Below are positions 1-11,448 of a stretch of 64,000 nt of DNA, in pieces. The translations under genes were made by a program, and so were the position numbers. Within the stretch, counting starts at the first letter, position 1, and each line of letters opens with the position of its first letter. The notes under the pieces are model-generated. The model was not told the DNA's origin, did not search any database, and saw only the letters and a program-made list of their open reading frames with translations. The stretch is from Macrostomum lignano (Eukaryota), in assembly GCA_002269645.1 (NCBI GenBank), contig NIVC01000746.1, forward strand, positions 62,001 through 126,000, in the 5' to 3' direction.

Positions 1-385
1 TTCTGAAAAAGCTGGCAGTCAATAAATCATTAGTCTCCTAATGTTGCGAATAGCAGAAAAAACTTTTCACTCAAAGCCATGGCCAGTGCAATTTTTGATC
101 CACTTTTTTTCCTCGCTGCGGTTTCGAATTTCATCCCGAGACGGGGCAGGAAGAGCAGGAGACAATAAATTTTACAAAGAATTTCACGACTCGCTGGTCC
201 CGACCCGATGGGCCGTGAAAATCGACTCTCACAGATAAAGATTTTTCAATTTCTATCCGGTTTGTCCAGCAGCCGGTGGTCGATGACTTGATTCTCTGCT
301 GTGCGCTCGTAAAACCAGAAAAAATCCTCCCTATAAACATTCTTTCCAGTGCCAGCAGAGAGCCAAGCAACTTGAGACTGCGATC

Positions 386-874
386 ATGCTGCTGGCCCGA
401 CCGAAAAGTGCTTGGAGAAACGGCTTCGTGATTTGCCTGCTTCTGGCCTGCTGCTGTTGCTGCCTGCGGCCGGCGCTTGCTGAGGCCAAAGCTGAGGACG
501 CAGAAAAGCGCGGCGCCTACTCCGGTTTTCTAGGAAAGCGCGGCGCCTATTCTGGATTTTTAGGAAAGCGCGGCGCCTACTCCGGTTTTCTAGGAAAGCG
601 CGGTGCCTACTCCGGTTTTCTAGGAAAGCGCGGCGCCTACTCCGGTTTTCTAGGAAAGCGCGGAGCCTATTCTGGATTTCTAGGAAAGCGCGGCGCCTAC
701 TCCGGTTTTCTAGGAAAGCGCGGTGCCTACTCCGGTTTTCTAGGAAAGCGCGGTGCCTACTCCGGTTTTCTAGGAAAGCGTGGTGCCTATTCTGGCTTTC
801 TAGGAAAGCGCGGCGCCTACTCCGGATTTCTAGGAAAGCGAAACGACGCAACGAGCGACTTGGAAGAGATGTGA
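386..874 (+). CDS. Neuropeptide precursor, 11 x GAYSGFL-amide
   Basis: Signal-peptide-like N-terminus (basic n-region, hydrophobic FVICLLLACCCCCL, probable cleavage near ALA-EA), acidic spacer, then 11 tandem GAYSGFL-G-KR units (amidation Gly plus dibasic site). The 30-bp DNA units differ only at synonymous positions. Single-exon CDS. Confidence 0.95.
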   Translation: MLLARPKSAWRNGFVICLLLACCCCCLRPALAEAKAEDAEKRGAYSGFLGKRGAYSGFLGKRGAYSGFLGKRGAYSGFLGKRGAYSGFLGKRGAYSGFLGKRGAYSGFLGKRGAYSGFLGKRGAYSGFLGKRGAYSGFLGKRGAYSGFLGKRNDATSDLEEM

Positions 875-1574
875 TCACTTTGACTCAAAAAGCAGTTGCA
901 TGGGGCTGGAACATTGTTTAACAGTTGCTGGTGTAATAATTTCAGGGTGCATTGAAAATCTAGGAAAGTAATTTCAGTGAAACATTTTGTTGGAATTAGT
1001 CCTAGCTAATTAAGTTAAAATTAAATCCAATCTAAAGTTCAAAGACAATTGATTTCAATAACAATTAGGTGAGAGTCCCCTGATGGCGGAAGCGCTGCGT
1101 TCTATCCAGCTATTGCACACCAAATATATGCGTGATCCAAATCTCAAATGCTGTTTGGCCACAGCGCAATCTCATAAACCTTTAGCTATAGATGTTTTTC
1201 CTGTCCATTTTTTCTCGGTGTGTTTCTGGGCGCCTGGTCATATAATTTACGAGTGTATGGCCAGTCCACTGTAAACTGGCCGCATGCATTACTGCTCCGT
1301 GTCAGAGACAAAATTAATGAGCACAGCATTGCTGCTTTACACCAAATCAGTTGAGAATGTGTTTACCGCAAGCTGCACATACGGCTAGATAGGACGAGTT
1401 TGTCTATAAGAGCATAAAAATGGAGACTTTAACCTTTGAAGTTTAAACCGAAATTTGCGAAACAGACGTTTGCGTATAGTGCTTCTAAATTGAGACTTGA
1501 GTGCATGAATCGAAGCAAAATACTAGTATTTTAAACAGAAAGTTGCTCCTTAAAAAATGAGTGTCTATGTAGGA

Positions 1575-2720
1575 GAGTTTTTGGAAAAAATGGTGTCTTA
1601 AAAATGTTTCTCAGAAAGACTTTTAGAAAAAGAAAATTCCTCAAAAGAGAGTTTGAAGAAGGAAGGGCTTCCAAGAAATAAAGTTTTAGAGTTTCTCAAA
1701 AATATACTTCTCAAAAAGAGTTTCCTAGAAAGATAGTTTCTCAGACAGAGAGTTTCACAGATAGAGTTTCTTAGGAAGAAAGTTTTCCAGAAAGAGTTTC
1801 CTAGAAAGAGTGGTTCTCAGAAAGAGAGTTTCCCAGAGAGTTTCCCAGAGAGTTTTCCAGAGTTTCACACAAAGGAGAGTTTCTTAGAGATAAGGTTTCT
1901 CAGAAAGATTTTCCTAGAAAGAGAGTTTCTAGAAAGAGAGTTTTCTAGAAAGAGAGTTTCCTAGAAAGAGAGTTTCCTAGAAAGAGAGTTTCCTAGAAAG
2001 AGATTTTCTAGAAACAGAGTTTCCTAGAAAGAAAGTTTCCTAGAAAGAGAGTTTTCTAGAAAGAGAGTTTCCTAGAAAGAGATTTTCCTAGAAAGAGAGT
2101 TTTCTAGAAAGATAGTTTCCTAAAAAGAGATTTTCCTAGCAAGAGAGTTTTCTAGAAAGAGAGTTTCCTAGAAAGAGAGTTTCCTAGAAAGAGAGTTTTC
2201 TAGAAAGAGAGCTTTATAGAAAGAGAGTTTCCTAGAAAGAGATTTTCTAGAAACAGAGTTTCCTAGAAAGAAAGTTTCCTAGAAAGAGAGTTTTCTAGAA
2301 ATAGAGTTTTCTAGAAAGAGAGTTTTCTAGAAAGATAGTTTCCTAGAAAGAGATTTTCCTAGAAAGAGAGTTTTCTAGAAAGAGAGTTTCCTAGAAAGAG
2401 AGTTTCCTAGAAAGAGAGTTTTCTAGAATTAAGAGAGTTTCCTAGAAAGAGAGTTTTCTAGAAAGAGAGTTTCCTAGAAAGAGATTTTCCTAGAAAGAGA
2501 GTTTCCTAGAAAGAGATTTTCCTAGAAAGAGAGTTTCCTAGAAAGAGAGTTTCTTAGACAGAGAGTTTCACAGTATTTCCACAGTTTCACACAAAGGATA
2601 ATTTGTTCAGAGAGAAAGTTTCCAGAAGAGTTTTCTAGAAAGAGAGTTTCCTAAAAAGAGAGTTTCCTAGAAAGCGAGTTTCCTAGAAAGAGAATTTCCT
2701 AGAAAGTAACTTTTCCAGAG
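1575..2720. repeat. About 16-bp satellite (AAAGAGAGTTTCCTAG) with degenerate flanks
   Basis: Dozens of tandem units with a TTTCTAGAAA-like palindromic junction. The variant block GATTTTCTAGAAACAGAG recurs at about 2002 and 2241, implying higher-order duplication. Confidence 0.9.
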
Positions 2721-3354
2721 AGTTTTCCTCTTTGTTAAAAAGAATGAAGAATTGAAGAATTCTTTGTTCAATTGAGGTGAGAATTTGTTAAGTGACTTCA
2801 CCTTTTTAAAAAAGGTTGTTACAATTAGTCGCACATTTTTTTACTTTAACCATCAAAAGTTTATTATTGGCTAGCAAATAAACAAAATATCAAACTACAT
2901 TTGGCCAGCCTTCGTAGTAGTGGGACATGCAATACAACGTAATATGCAGAGATTAATATCGCGCGCAAAAGAGACGAAGACAGGTGAAAAGACGAACTGA
3001 GGAATTCGAACAGATTCTCCTAACTGAGTTTAACGATTTAGTCAATTTTATTATGCCTTATTGCCCCCCTACTGTGTCTTAGGTAGCTTAAAAAGAGCAT
3101 TGGGCTTCTATTCGCAAATTAACCCATAACTTTGTATTTTGTCCGCCTAATTTGGCTCGTTAGGCTGAGAACTATCAAGGGAAATCTTATGGGAATCCGC
3201 ACTGCATATGCAGAGCGCTGGCAGACGTGGAGCTGGACTGACCGAAGACAGAAATAGCCGGAGAAGTTAAGCAGAAGGGTAAGTCAGTGCACAGAGTTGA
3301 CCTTCTTCATACTCCAATATCTAGTTCCTCCTTTGGAATTCTTTAGAAGACAGA

Positions 3355-3700
3355 TTGTCCCCGTAAAACTCCTAAAAGAATTCCCATATAGTTCTCCTAG
3401 AGAATCTCCCATAGAATCCCAACTAGGGTTGCCCATAGAATTCCCCCATATAATTCTCCTAGAGAATCTCCCATAGAATCCCAAATAGATTGCCCATAGA
3501 ATTCCCCCTATAGTTCTAAAGAATCTCCCCTAGAATCCCAAATAGAATTCCCCATAGAATTCCCCCTATAGTTCTAAAGAATCTCCCCTAGAATCCCAAA
3601 TAGAATTCCCCATAGAATTCCCCATGTAGTTCTCGTATAGAATTCCCCAATAGAATCCAACATGGGATCCCCACGAAAATTCCCTATAGGATTCTCTCCC
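3355..3700. repeat. Degenerate tandem repeat (TAGAATTCCCC / TAGAATCCC units)
   Basis: Repeated TAGAAT(T/C)CCC motifs; longer blocks are duplicated at about 3480-3610. Confidence 0.75.
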
Positions 3701-3774
3701 AGTAGTTTCTCAGACTTCTTTCTTAGTTCTTCCTCAGAAATCTCCCACAGTTCTCCGTCAACAAAAAAATCTGG

Positions 3775-4265
3775 TCAGCTTTCGGCGGCAGCGGTCAGGA
3801 ATCCGGCCTGTCGATAAGCCCGGTGCACCTGCTGCAGCCAGACCGAGACATTGTCAGCCTCCTCGGCGGTCAGGTAGCCGTGGCCCCAGTCCGCATCGGT
3901 CTTGGGCGACGACGAAGAAGACGAGCTTGAAGACGCCGCCGCCGATGATGATGAAGAAGAGAAGCTGGCTTCTCTCTGCCGTCCGTCTTCATCGGTTCGA
4001 CTCCCGGTAGTGGCCGTGGGAATCCTGTGCGAGTGAAGAGGCTGGCGATGCAGATGCCTCGGCGCCGCAGGAGGCTGCGCCACGGACAGCCTCGGCGTTA
4101 ATAGCTCAATTCGACTTCTGCTTTTAGAAGCAATAGTAGGTTGCAATAATCTGGAATGCTTCGATTGCTGCTGCTGTGGCTGCTGTGGCTGAGTCTGCCT
4201 GCCGTTGGGGTGCCGCAGATCCGGCAGAGTCCTGTGCATCGACCGGCGCTTGACCGTCGCTCTTG

Positions 4266-4303
<38 letters not shown>

Positions 4304-4460
4304 AGCGAGTACCTCGGCTGATGCAGCGCTTTCGAAGGCTGGCCACCAGGCCTACCGAGGCTGATCTCCGAGACCCAGCTGGACAGCCCCGGGCCGCTCC
4401 AGTCACGTCGGGCTTTGTGAGTCATTGCGGCTGGATTCCAGCTGAACTTTCTTGACAGAA
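3775..4460 (-). CDS. Probable terminal coding exon (polyQ/polyS-rich), possibly the C-terminal extension of the guanylyl cyclase
   Basis: GC-rich open frame with polyQ and polyS ending in a non-repetitive tail (GYLTAEEADNVSVWLQQVHRAYRQAGFL). A candidate AG acceptor near 4460 follows a pyrimidine-rich stretch. No start codon or domain recognised. Confidence 0.5.
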
Positions 4461-4917
4461 TGTTTATAAAAAAGAATAAAAACTCGTGAAGGCGCACTGA
4501 CAAGCTCAGTTTTATACTGCTAGATAGAGAAATAGGCTCTGTTTCTATGGAAACACGAAACTTTTTTCCGTAGCTAAATATTTCTCTGATTTTCTTAGTC
4601 TTACAGACACTGCTGCGGTGTCTTGTTTGCACGGGCGCAGAGGGCAGGCGGCATACATGGACTGTGGACTCTTGCAAATCTTTTCAGACTTATCTCCATT
4701 TCAAGAAACGATTCGGCATAGCAACGTTTTGCAAAACTGATTTCCAGGGCAGAGCAGATTCGAGGGAGAAGTTCAAAGTTCGTGAATTAAAATTAAATTT
4801 TTGTTGCGGGTGTTGACAAAAATTAAAGATTTTAATATTATAAATAGTTGCCATATTGTAAGCCCTTTTTTGTGTAAAAACCAATAGAATAGTAGCCATA
4901 TGTGTACATGTACGCTC

Positions 4918-5468
4918 GTACAGCGGTAAGGCAGATGCCACAGACACAGCGGTAAGACAGATGCCACAGACACAGTGGTAAGACAGATGCCACAGACACA
5001 GTGGTAAGGCAGATGCCACAGACACAGTGGTAAGACAGATGCCACAGACACAGTGGTAAGGCAGATGCCACAGACACAGCGGTAAGGCAGATGCCATAGA
5101 CACAGTGGTAAGACAGATGCCACAGACACAGTGGTAAGGCAGATGCCATAGACACTGCGGTAAGGCAGATGCCATAGACACTGCGGTAAGACAGATGCCA
5201 TAGACACTGTGGTAAGACAGATGCCATAGACACTGCGGTAAGACAGAAGCCATAGACACAGCGGTAAGGCAGAGGTCATAGACACTGTGTGGTAAGACAA
5301 AAGCCATAGACACAGCAGTAAGGGAGAAGCCATCAGACACAGCGGTAAGGCAGATGCCATAGACACAGCGGTAAGGCAAAAGCCATAGACACAGCAGTAA
5401 GGCAGATGCCACAGACACAGCGGTAAGGCAGATGCCACAGACACAGCGGTAAGGCAGATGCCATAGAC
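4918..5468. repeat. 26-bp minisatellite (GACACAGCGGTAAGGCAGATGCCACA)
   Basis: About 21 tandem units; the ORFs over it are repeat artefacts. Confidence 0.92.
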
Positions 5469-5966
5469 AAATAAATACCACTGAATTATTAAGAAACAGG
5501 TTCAGAGAAACGTAGTACTCGTATTCATAATTTTTTATTCTCATCGATAACTTGAATCGACAAAAGATTCGCTTTTATTTATTGACTGTCTAAACTACAA
5601 ACTTTGCTCAGGAAAGCTTTGGGCGCAGGTAAAACGTACAGTAAAGTCTAAAAGTGGGATTTTTACGCAAGCAGCTTAAGAATGTTATTCTACGTGTTTC
5701 TAACATATGACGTAATTTAAGTATTTAAACACGACGATTTGATAACAGTAATATTAGATCAACACTGTTTAAAACTACTTATAACTACTCAAAAAGTAGT
5801 ACCAGTCAAATTTGCTTGGATTATTATTAAAGATAAGCACGGCATGATACTCACAATTTTGAAGCGATAAAAAAGTGAGTTTCTGAAAATGGCATGACTT
5901 CAATCAATGGTAGGTCAAAGCCTTACAGCTTCAGTGCTTGTCCTCGAACACTCAATTAAACTCAAC

Positions 5967-6286
5967 TCAGTGCGACCCGTTCAGCGCCTTAGCGACCTCC
6001 GGTCGGTGCTGCCTGTGGCTGGACCGGCTGGCCGAGCTGGCCCGCTCCTGCCAGCTCTCGCTGCCACGCTGGTCAGAGGACAGACCGTCCTGCAGCTTTG
6101 ACCGCTCCAGGGTCAGGATGGACAGCAGGGAGCGGACTTGAGGGCTGTTTTGCCTTTTGCCGTCCAAAAAGTACGTGCGGAAGCTTCTCTTGTTCTGGCA
6201 ATGGTGGATGATGGCGTGCAGGCCTGGTATGGACAGACAGACAGACAGACAGACAGGCACTAAGGCCGACAGACAGACACTAAGGC

Positions 6287-6330
<44 letters not shown>

Positions 6331-6331
6331 C

Positions 6332-6368
<37 letters not shown>

Positions 6369-6371
6369 GCC

Positions 6372-6404
<33 letters not shown>

Positions 6405-6407
6405 GCC

Positions 6408-6444
<37 letters not shown>

Positions 6445-6451
6445 GCCAGCC

Positions 6452-6508
<57 letters not shown>

Positions 6509-6515
6509 GCCAGCC

Positions 6516-6552
<37 letters not shown>

Positions 6553-9500
6553 CAGACACTCACTGGTAGCACAACCTCGCTCCCGTCGCTTATCACGTAG
6601 GCTTCGTAGCTATCCAGCTTCGTCTTGGTGGTGGCGCTGATGTGTATTCTCTGAGGCTGTCAGAAAAATGAGACGCCTAGCAGTCGCTGTGAGGCTGACG
6701 CATATACAAAAAATGTGAAAAAGCGCTAAGCAGAAAGTCAAGCAGTTCGTACCTGGCCGCTGGACTCCATTTTATTAGCGGTGTTCACAGTGTCGCCGAA
6801 CAGGCAGTAGCGAGGCATCTTGACTCCGACAACGCCAGCCACGACCATTCCAGTGTGCAGACCTGAAACAGAGCTTAATCCATCCAATTTGAAATTTAAA
6901 GTCTGCATTGATTTGACCAATCCGTAGCCACTCACCTATGCGCATCATCAAATGCGGATTGATACCCGATGGATCCTTGCAGTTGGCGATGGCCTTGATC
7001 ATGTCCTGAGCCATCTCGGACATCAGGGGGGCGTGGTGTTCGGTTTTCACCGGAGCCCCGGACACGATCATGTAGGCGTCTCCCACCGTTTCTACCTGGG
7101 TTGTTTTGGAGAATGACAAATGTTGAGTTCCTTTTGAGTCTAACGCATGTGCAACTGAACCTACACGTTATCAAATAATTATCTATCGTGGGTCGCTTTC
7201 ACTAGCTCGAACTTTCATACCGTCAAATAAGTTTAAATTGTGACCTAGCGGAAGTTACGAGGGAGTTCATGAAGTTTCGAACTTGTGAAACTTCGAGGCT
7301 GTGAAGGATCCTGTCTTTGACGACAATGTGAAATTTTGAGTTTATGGACTAGTCAAGCACAAGGACTCTGCAGCCTAAAAGTAGATCTACGACACTAAAA
7401 ATGTCTTCTACCGATTAGATTTCTAGAATAGGAATCGAAAGATTCCTATCTCGGTAAATACTTTTGGAGCACAAGTGAAACCTCTGCTAAGCTGGTCTGG
7501 CTAAAGCCAATCTTCCCATTTGATAGCTGAAATCAAGACGCGCGTGTACCTTATAGACGCAGTTCTGCTCGGTGAGCTTGTCAAAGACGCTGTACATGTT
7601 GTTGAGCATATTTACAACGTCCAGCGGGGTGATGGCGCCGCAGATGTTCGTGAAGCCGCAGATGTCGCTGAACAATATTGTCACCTCGTCGAAGGTCTCG
7701 CATGTGCTGACAGCTGAGTCGCCTCGACGGAGACGATCGGCCACGGTCTTGGGTATCATCTGATACAGCAGCTCGTCTGTCTTCTTTTTCTCTTCGTCCA
7801 GGCGTTTCATGCTCTCGGTTAGCTTGGCGCTCTTCTCTTGCTCCTGCAAAAGAGTGCAGAGGTTCAGCATACGTCCTTGAACAAATAACGTAGTAGTGGA
7901 GAGACGCTGCACTCGCGAATCGGCCAATCTACTTCGGATAAGGCACATAACTTATTCTTCCATTTGTGATGCAGAAGTGGAGAAGATAAACAAAAACAAC
8001 AGTGCCAACCACAGATGCTGACTAGCTCTTTATTGTCATGGTCAAAGCTGTGAAAAAAGTAAAGCATCTGCTCCTTTTCAGTAGTTTTTCTGTGCAGTGT
8101 CACCTAAATTTAATGTGCCGGCTAAAATTTCCTTTTCTTTCTTGGGGTTTCTTTTCTTAGGAACATATGATTAAGATTGAACAACAAGCATTTAAGCTGG
8201 ATGTACACAAGTGAATGCAAGACAGACGAAACTCTAGGCCTAGGGAGGCAGGCCCAATCCAGCTCAGCCAATGAGAAAGCAGTAAGGAGAGAGGTCAAAG
8301 TCAGACGGACGAAACCCAGCCTAGCGGGACAGGCCCAGTCTAGCTCAGCCAATGAGAGAGCAGTAAGGAGAGAGGTCAAAGACACAAGACACAAGTGGGC
8401 AAGAGGAAAGTCAAATTGTTTATCTGCCTGGCTGGGGGCTGGGACGCCAAACCCTTTTCTCTCTTGCTCGCAATTCACACGCACATGATTTGGGTGCAGC
8501 TTCAAGCAGGATGAAAATGCTAATTTAATGAATCTGCATGTAAAAAGCCAGAGGAGGCGATTGTTGCAGCTTCGAAAACTTCCATATTTTAATCTTCTAA
8601 TATACAAGCAGTAAACGCTATTGTTGCTACCAAAAAAGAGTAGAAAAACGCATCTTTTCGAGTATGCTTGATATTTTAGTAGCGGTGGTGTTAACCAGCA
8701 GCCTTCAGTGAAAACTGCACGATTTGCGAGTGCAATACACCTATTACTCGTAAAATGTAATTGCACGAGTATAAATAAAAGTTAAGAGGCTTTTCAGCAC
8801 CTGCTCAAGAGCCAGCTTCAGTTCAGCAGACTGCTGCTCTCCAGCCAGGATGAGGTCCCGACTTGAGTCGTGCATGGACAGGTCGTTAATGTACAGGCCC
8901 ACTGAGTACATACTCTCAACGTCACGAAGCCTGTTCAAGGAAGTTACAGTTGGCTATAAATTTCCTACAAGCAAGCTGCTTTTGTTTTGCACTTCCTTTT
9001 CGATTAGAAATGAACAAATGAGTCTTACACAGGCGTCCCCAGGAAGACGATGGCGTCCCAGGCTGGCATGTACTTCATTTGGCCCTTCAGTCGGAGTCCG
9101 TTGTCTGAGGCATTGGACGCCTTCTTGTGCCCTTGAATTTAGCACGGATGGGCTCAGTACAATTTCAATTTACTAGGCTTCCACTTTAAATGCGACAAAG
9201 AAAATCTGGTCATTGGAAACTGATGCGATTGGTTGTTAAAGAATTTGTGAAAATGTATTAGCACTGGACAACAGTTTAAATAAGCAGTTTTTCTACAAGG
9301 ATCCTACGGCCTGAAGCCTAAATTGAAACATTCTGTGCAAACAGTGGCAGAGCCGCTCAACGTTAAATGTGTCTGTCTCTCGCACCACGACATGGGTTCG
9401 ATTCCATGTGAGGCCGCATTCATTTGTGACGATTCACACCCACGAGGGCCAACCACCAAGGCACAGAAAGTGTAAATGCCTGAGGATTATAAAGTCTGGG

Positions 9501-11448
9501 CCGCTGTACACCTCGTGTGAGCATGTGTATGAGTGCGTGTCTTTGTACAGTATTTGCGTGTTTGTAATGTGCTCAGGAGTCAGCGGAATGGACAGAGATG
9601 GTTGTGGGACGATGCTGCCCAAAGCGTTGCGCCAGGTGCCCACAGCCCTCCTGCAACTATCGCCGTTATTATTATGCATTCTGATATTCTTCATGACTTC
9701 AGTAAATGACACAACATTGATTGGTCAGGCGTAGTCAATGATTTTCATTGGCCCAGAGCTTTAGTCTATGGACAAAACCCACAAATCTTGCAAGGACAAT
9801 GCGTGCACCTACTCTCCTTGGAGGCTTGTCCGTCCTGCAGTTTGTTTTCCATGGAAATTAGCTCGAACACGTTGTTAGTGTGAATTATTACCTGCGGAGA
9901 GGAATACAAATGCATTTTGATATTAACTAATTATTCCATGCATGGAGGTCTCTCCATCATTCTGGCTTACAGCATCCCAGGAGAACTCAATCATCGGTCT
10001 GATGAGCAGGAAGTTCTCATTGATGAGCGTGTTCACCAGATTAGGCAGCGTGTTGAACAGGCCGCGGCCAATGTTGAGAATCCGCATGCCCCTGTTGAAC
10101 ACGATGTTGAAGGGGAACACCTCGAAGAAGACCTCCGATGGCACCTGGAGACTGTCGTCCTCGTCGGCCTTAAACCTGGTTGGTTGAGGAACAAAAAATC
10201 GATTAAGCTACTGGAAGTAGGGGGCACTATCAAAGCGAGGGGGAGATCTAGCTAGTGTTTAAGGACTAAAATTACTTTGGATTAGAAAAATCCCCAAATG
10301 TTCTTAACCGAATAGCAGTATGTTGTACAGGGGGCTTTATTTTACTCTTGCGACTTCTAGAGAATCAAAAAGAAGCACTTTTAGTACTTATAGTACACTT
10401 AAATTTAGTTTAGTACATGTGCCCTTCTGCCTCATTTGTCCGTGGTAAATGAAAAACTCTGTGGAAGGTACTTCGCGCTCAGTGGTCTCAGTGCACTTTC
10501 TATATACTTGCTTGCTGAAACTTCTATGTATTATCATGTCGGTTTATGTAGTGGCTAGCGCCCCTGTTGCTTAAGTCCCTAATGCTAAAGCACTCGACGC
10601 TCTTACAGTACAGAGGGGAGAAGATTCAAAGAGTCGGTCTGAAACAATAGCAAACCTGATATTGTTGAAGTGCAGCCTGAATATGCAGTTGACCACCCCG
10701 CAAGCCTCAGCCGTTTTGCTGACAATCTCAATTCGCATGCTGGTCTGGTAGAACAGCCGGGCGATCTCGGTGATCTGGCCGCGGACGTAGTGATGAAAGC
10801 CGCGCCTCTTCGAGCGGTACTGCAGAGTGATGCCGGTCTTGGACTCGTTCACGCAGAAGAATGACGGCGGCCGCATCTTCACGTAGGTGAAGCGCAGGTA
10901 TTCGTGCAAATTGTCCAGACCATTGAGAAAGTCGCGCAAATCGCGGCCAAGAACGCGCAGAATGGAATCGTAGCCGAAGTTTGACAAGAACGTGATGAAG
11001 AAGACCCCGTTCTCAAACATTATGTCGTCGTTGGACATTCTCAGTTCCTGGTCAGAGGTTAATTTTGATATGATTTATTATTCATGATAGAGGTAATTGA
11101 ACTAATTTAATATTAATGAATCATATAATTTGAATTAAGCCTTTGCTTTTTCAAGAGTTGATCTTGGCTGTGTATTTTTCGCATAAAGCCAGATTTCAAA
11201 TATTTTCTAAGACACGAAGTCTCCCACTCTTCTACTTGAAGTCCGTTCTACGACCCTCAGCTCCGGGTTACTCCAGTGCACCTCGCATGCTGCATCCACA
11301 ATCAGCGGTATGAGGCCGTCGCTGTACACCTCCCTGGTGCGGAAGTTGCGAGTGTCCGTCTTGGCCCGGGCGAGTATGGCGTCCCAGACGTCCTCGGAGA
11401 ATTTGCTGGTGATGAAGGCGTGAATTCCTTCAAGCAGTAGCCGTACAT
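5967..11448 (-). CDS. Gyc88E-like: Atypical soluble guanylyl cyclase (H-NOX, H-NOBA/PAS, coiled coil, class III cyclase)
   Basis: Inferred exons, all GT-AG and phase-compatible: 11448-11282, 11047-10656, 10175-9971, 9891-9813, 9131-9029, 8930-8801, 7843-7550, 7095-6936, 6862-6753, 6656-6564, 6194-5967. Motifs: MYG(L)LLE start, [18 protein letters not shown] (proximal His), YRSKR (YxSxR), [61 protein letters not shown]. One base is missing near 11440. The 3' end is uncertain. Confidence 0.93.
6228..6556. repeat. (GACA)n microsatellite in the last guanylyl cyclase intron
   Basis: Direct reading. Confidence 0.97.
7190..7310. mobile_element. Small palindromic MITE-like element in a guanylyl cyclase intron
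   Basis: Left end GGGTCGCTTTCACTAGCTCGAACTTTCA is an imperfect inverted match to the right part (TGAAGTTTCGAACTTGTGAAA...). The same GGGTCGCTTTCAC end motif recurs near 11987. Confidence 0.4.
9340..9670 (+). mobile_element. tRNA-derived SINE, family A, copy 1 (intronic)
   Basis: B-box GGGTTCGATTCC at about 9394. The following ~130 bp (…AGGGCCAACCACCAAGGCACAGAAAGTGTAAATGCCTGAGG…GGGCCGCTGTACACC) align with the minus-strand copy at 42450-42600. Confidence 0.7.

Noticed and set aside
384-878. Antisense ORF over the neuropeptide gene
   Set aside because: A shadow of the 30-bp repeat; variation is synonymous only in the + frame.
4690-5544. Cys-rich ORFs resembling metallothionein or keratin-associated proteins
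   Set aside because: Translations of the 26-bp minisatellite; the frame rotates with every unit.
386-11448. Functional linkage between the neuropeptide gene and the neighbouring guanylyl cyclase
   Set aside because: Adjacency alone is not evidence of a shared pathway in an animal genome; no shared regulatory signal is visible.
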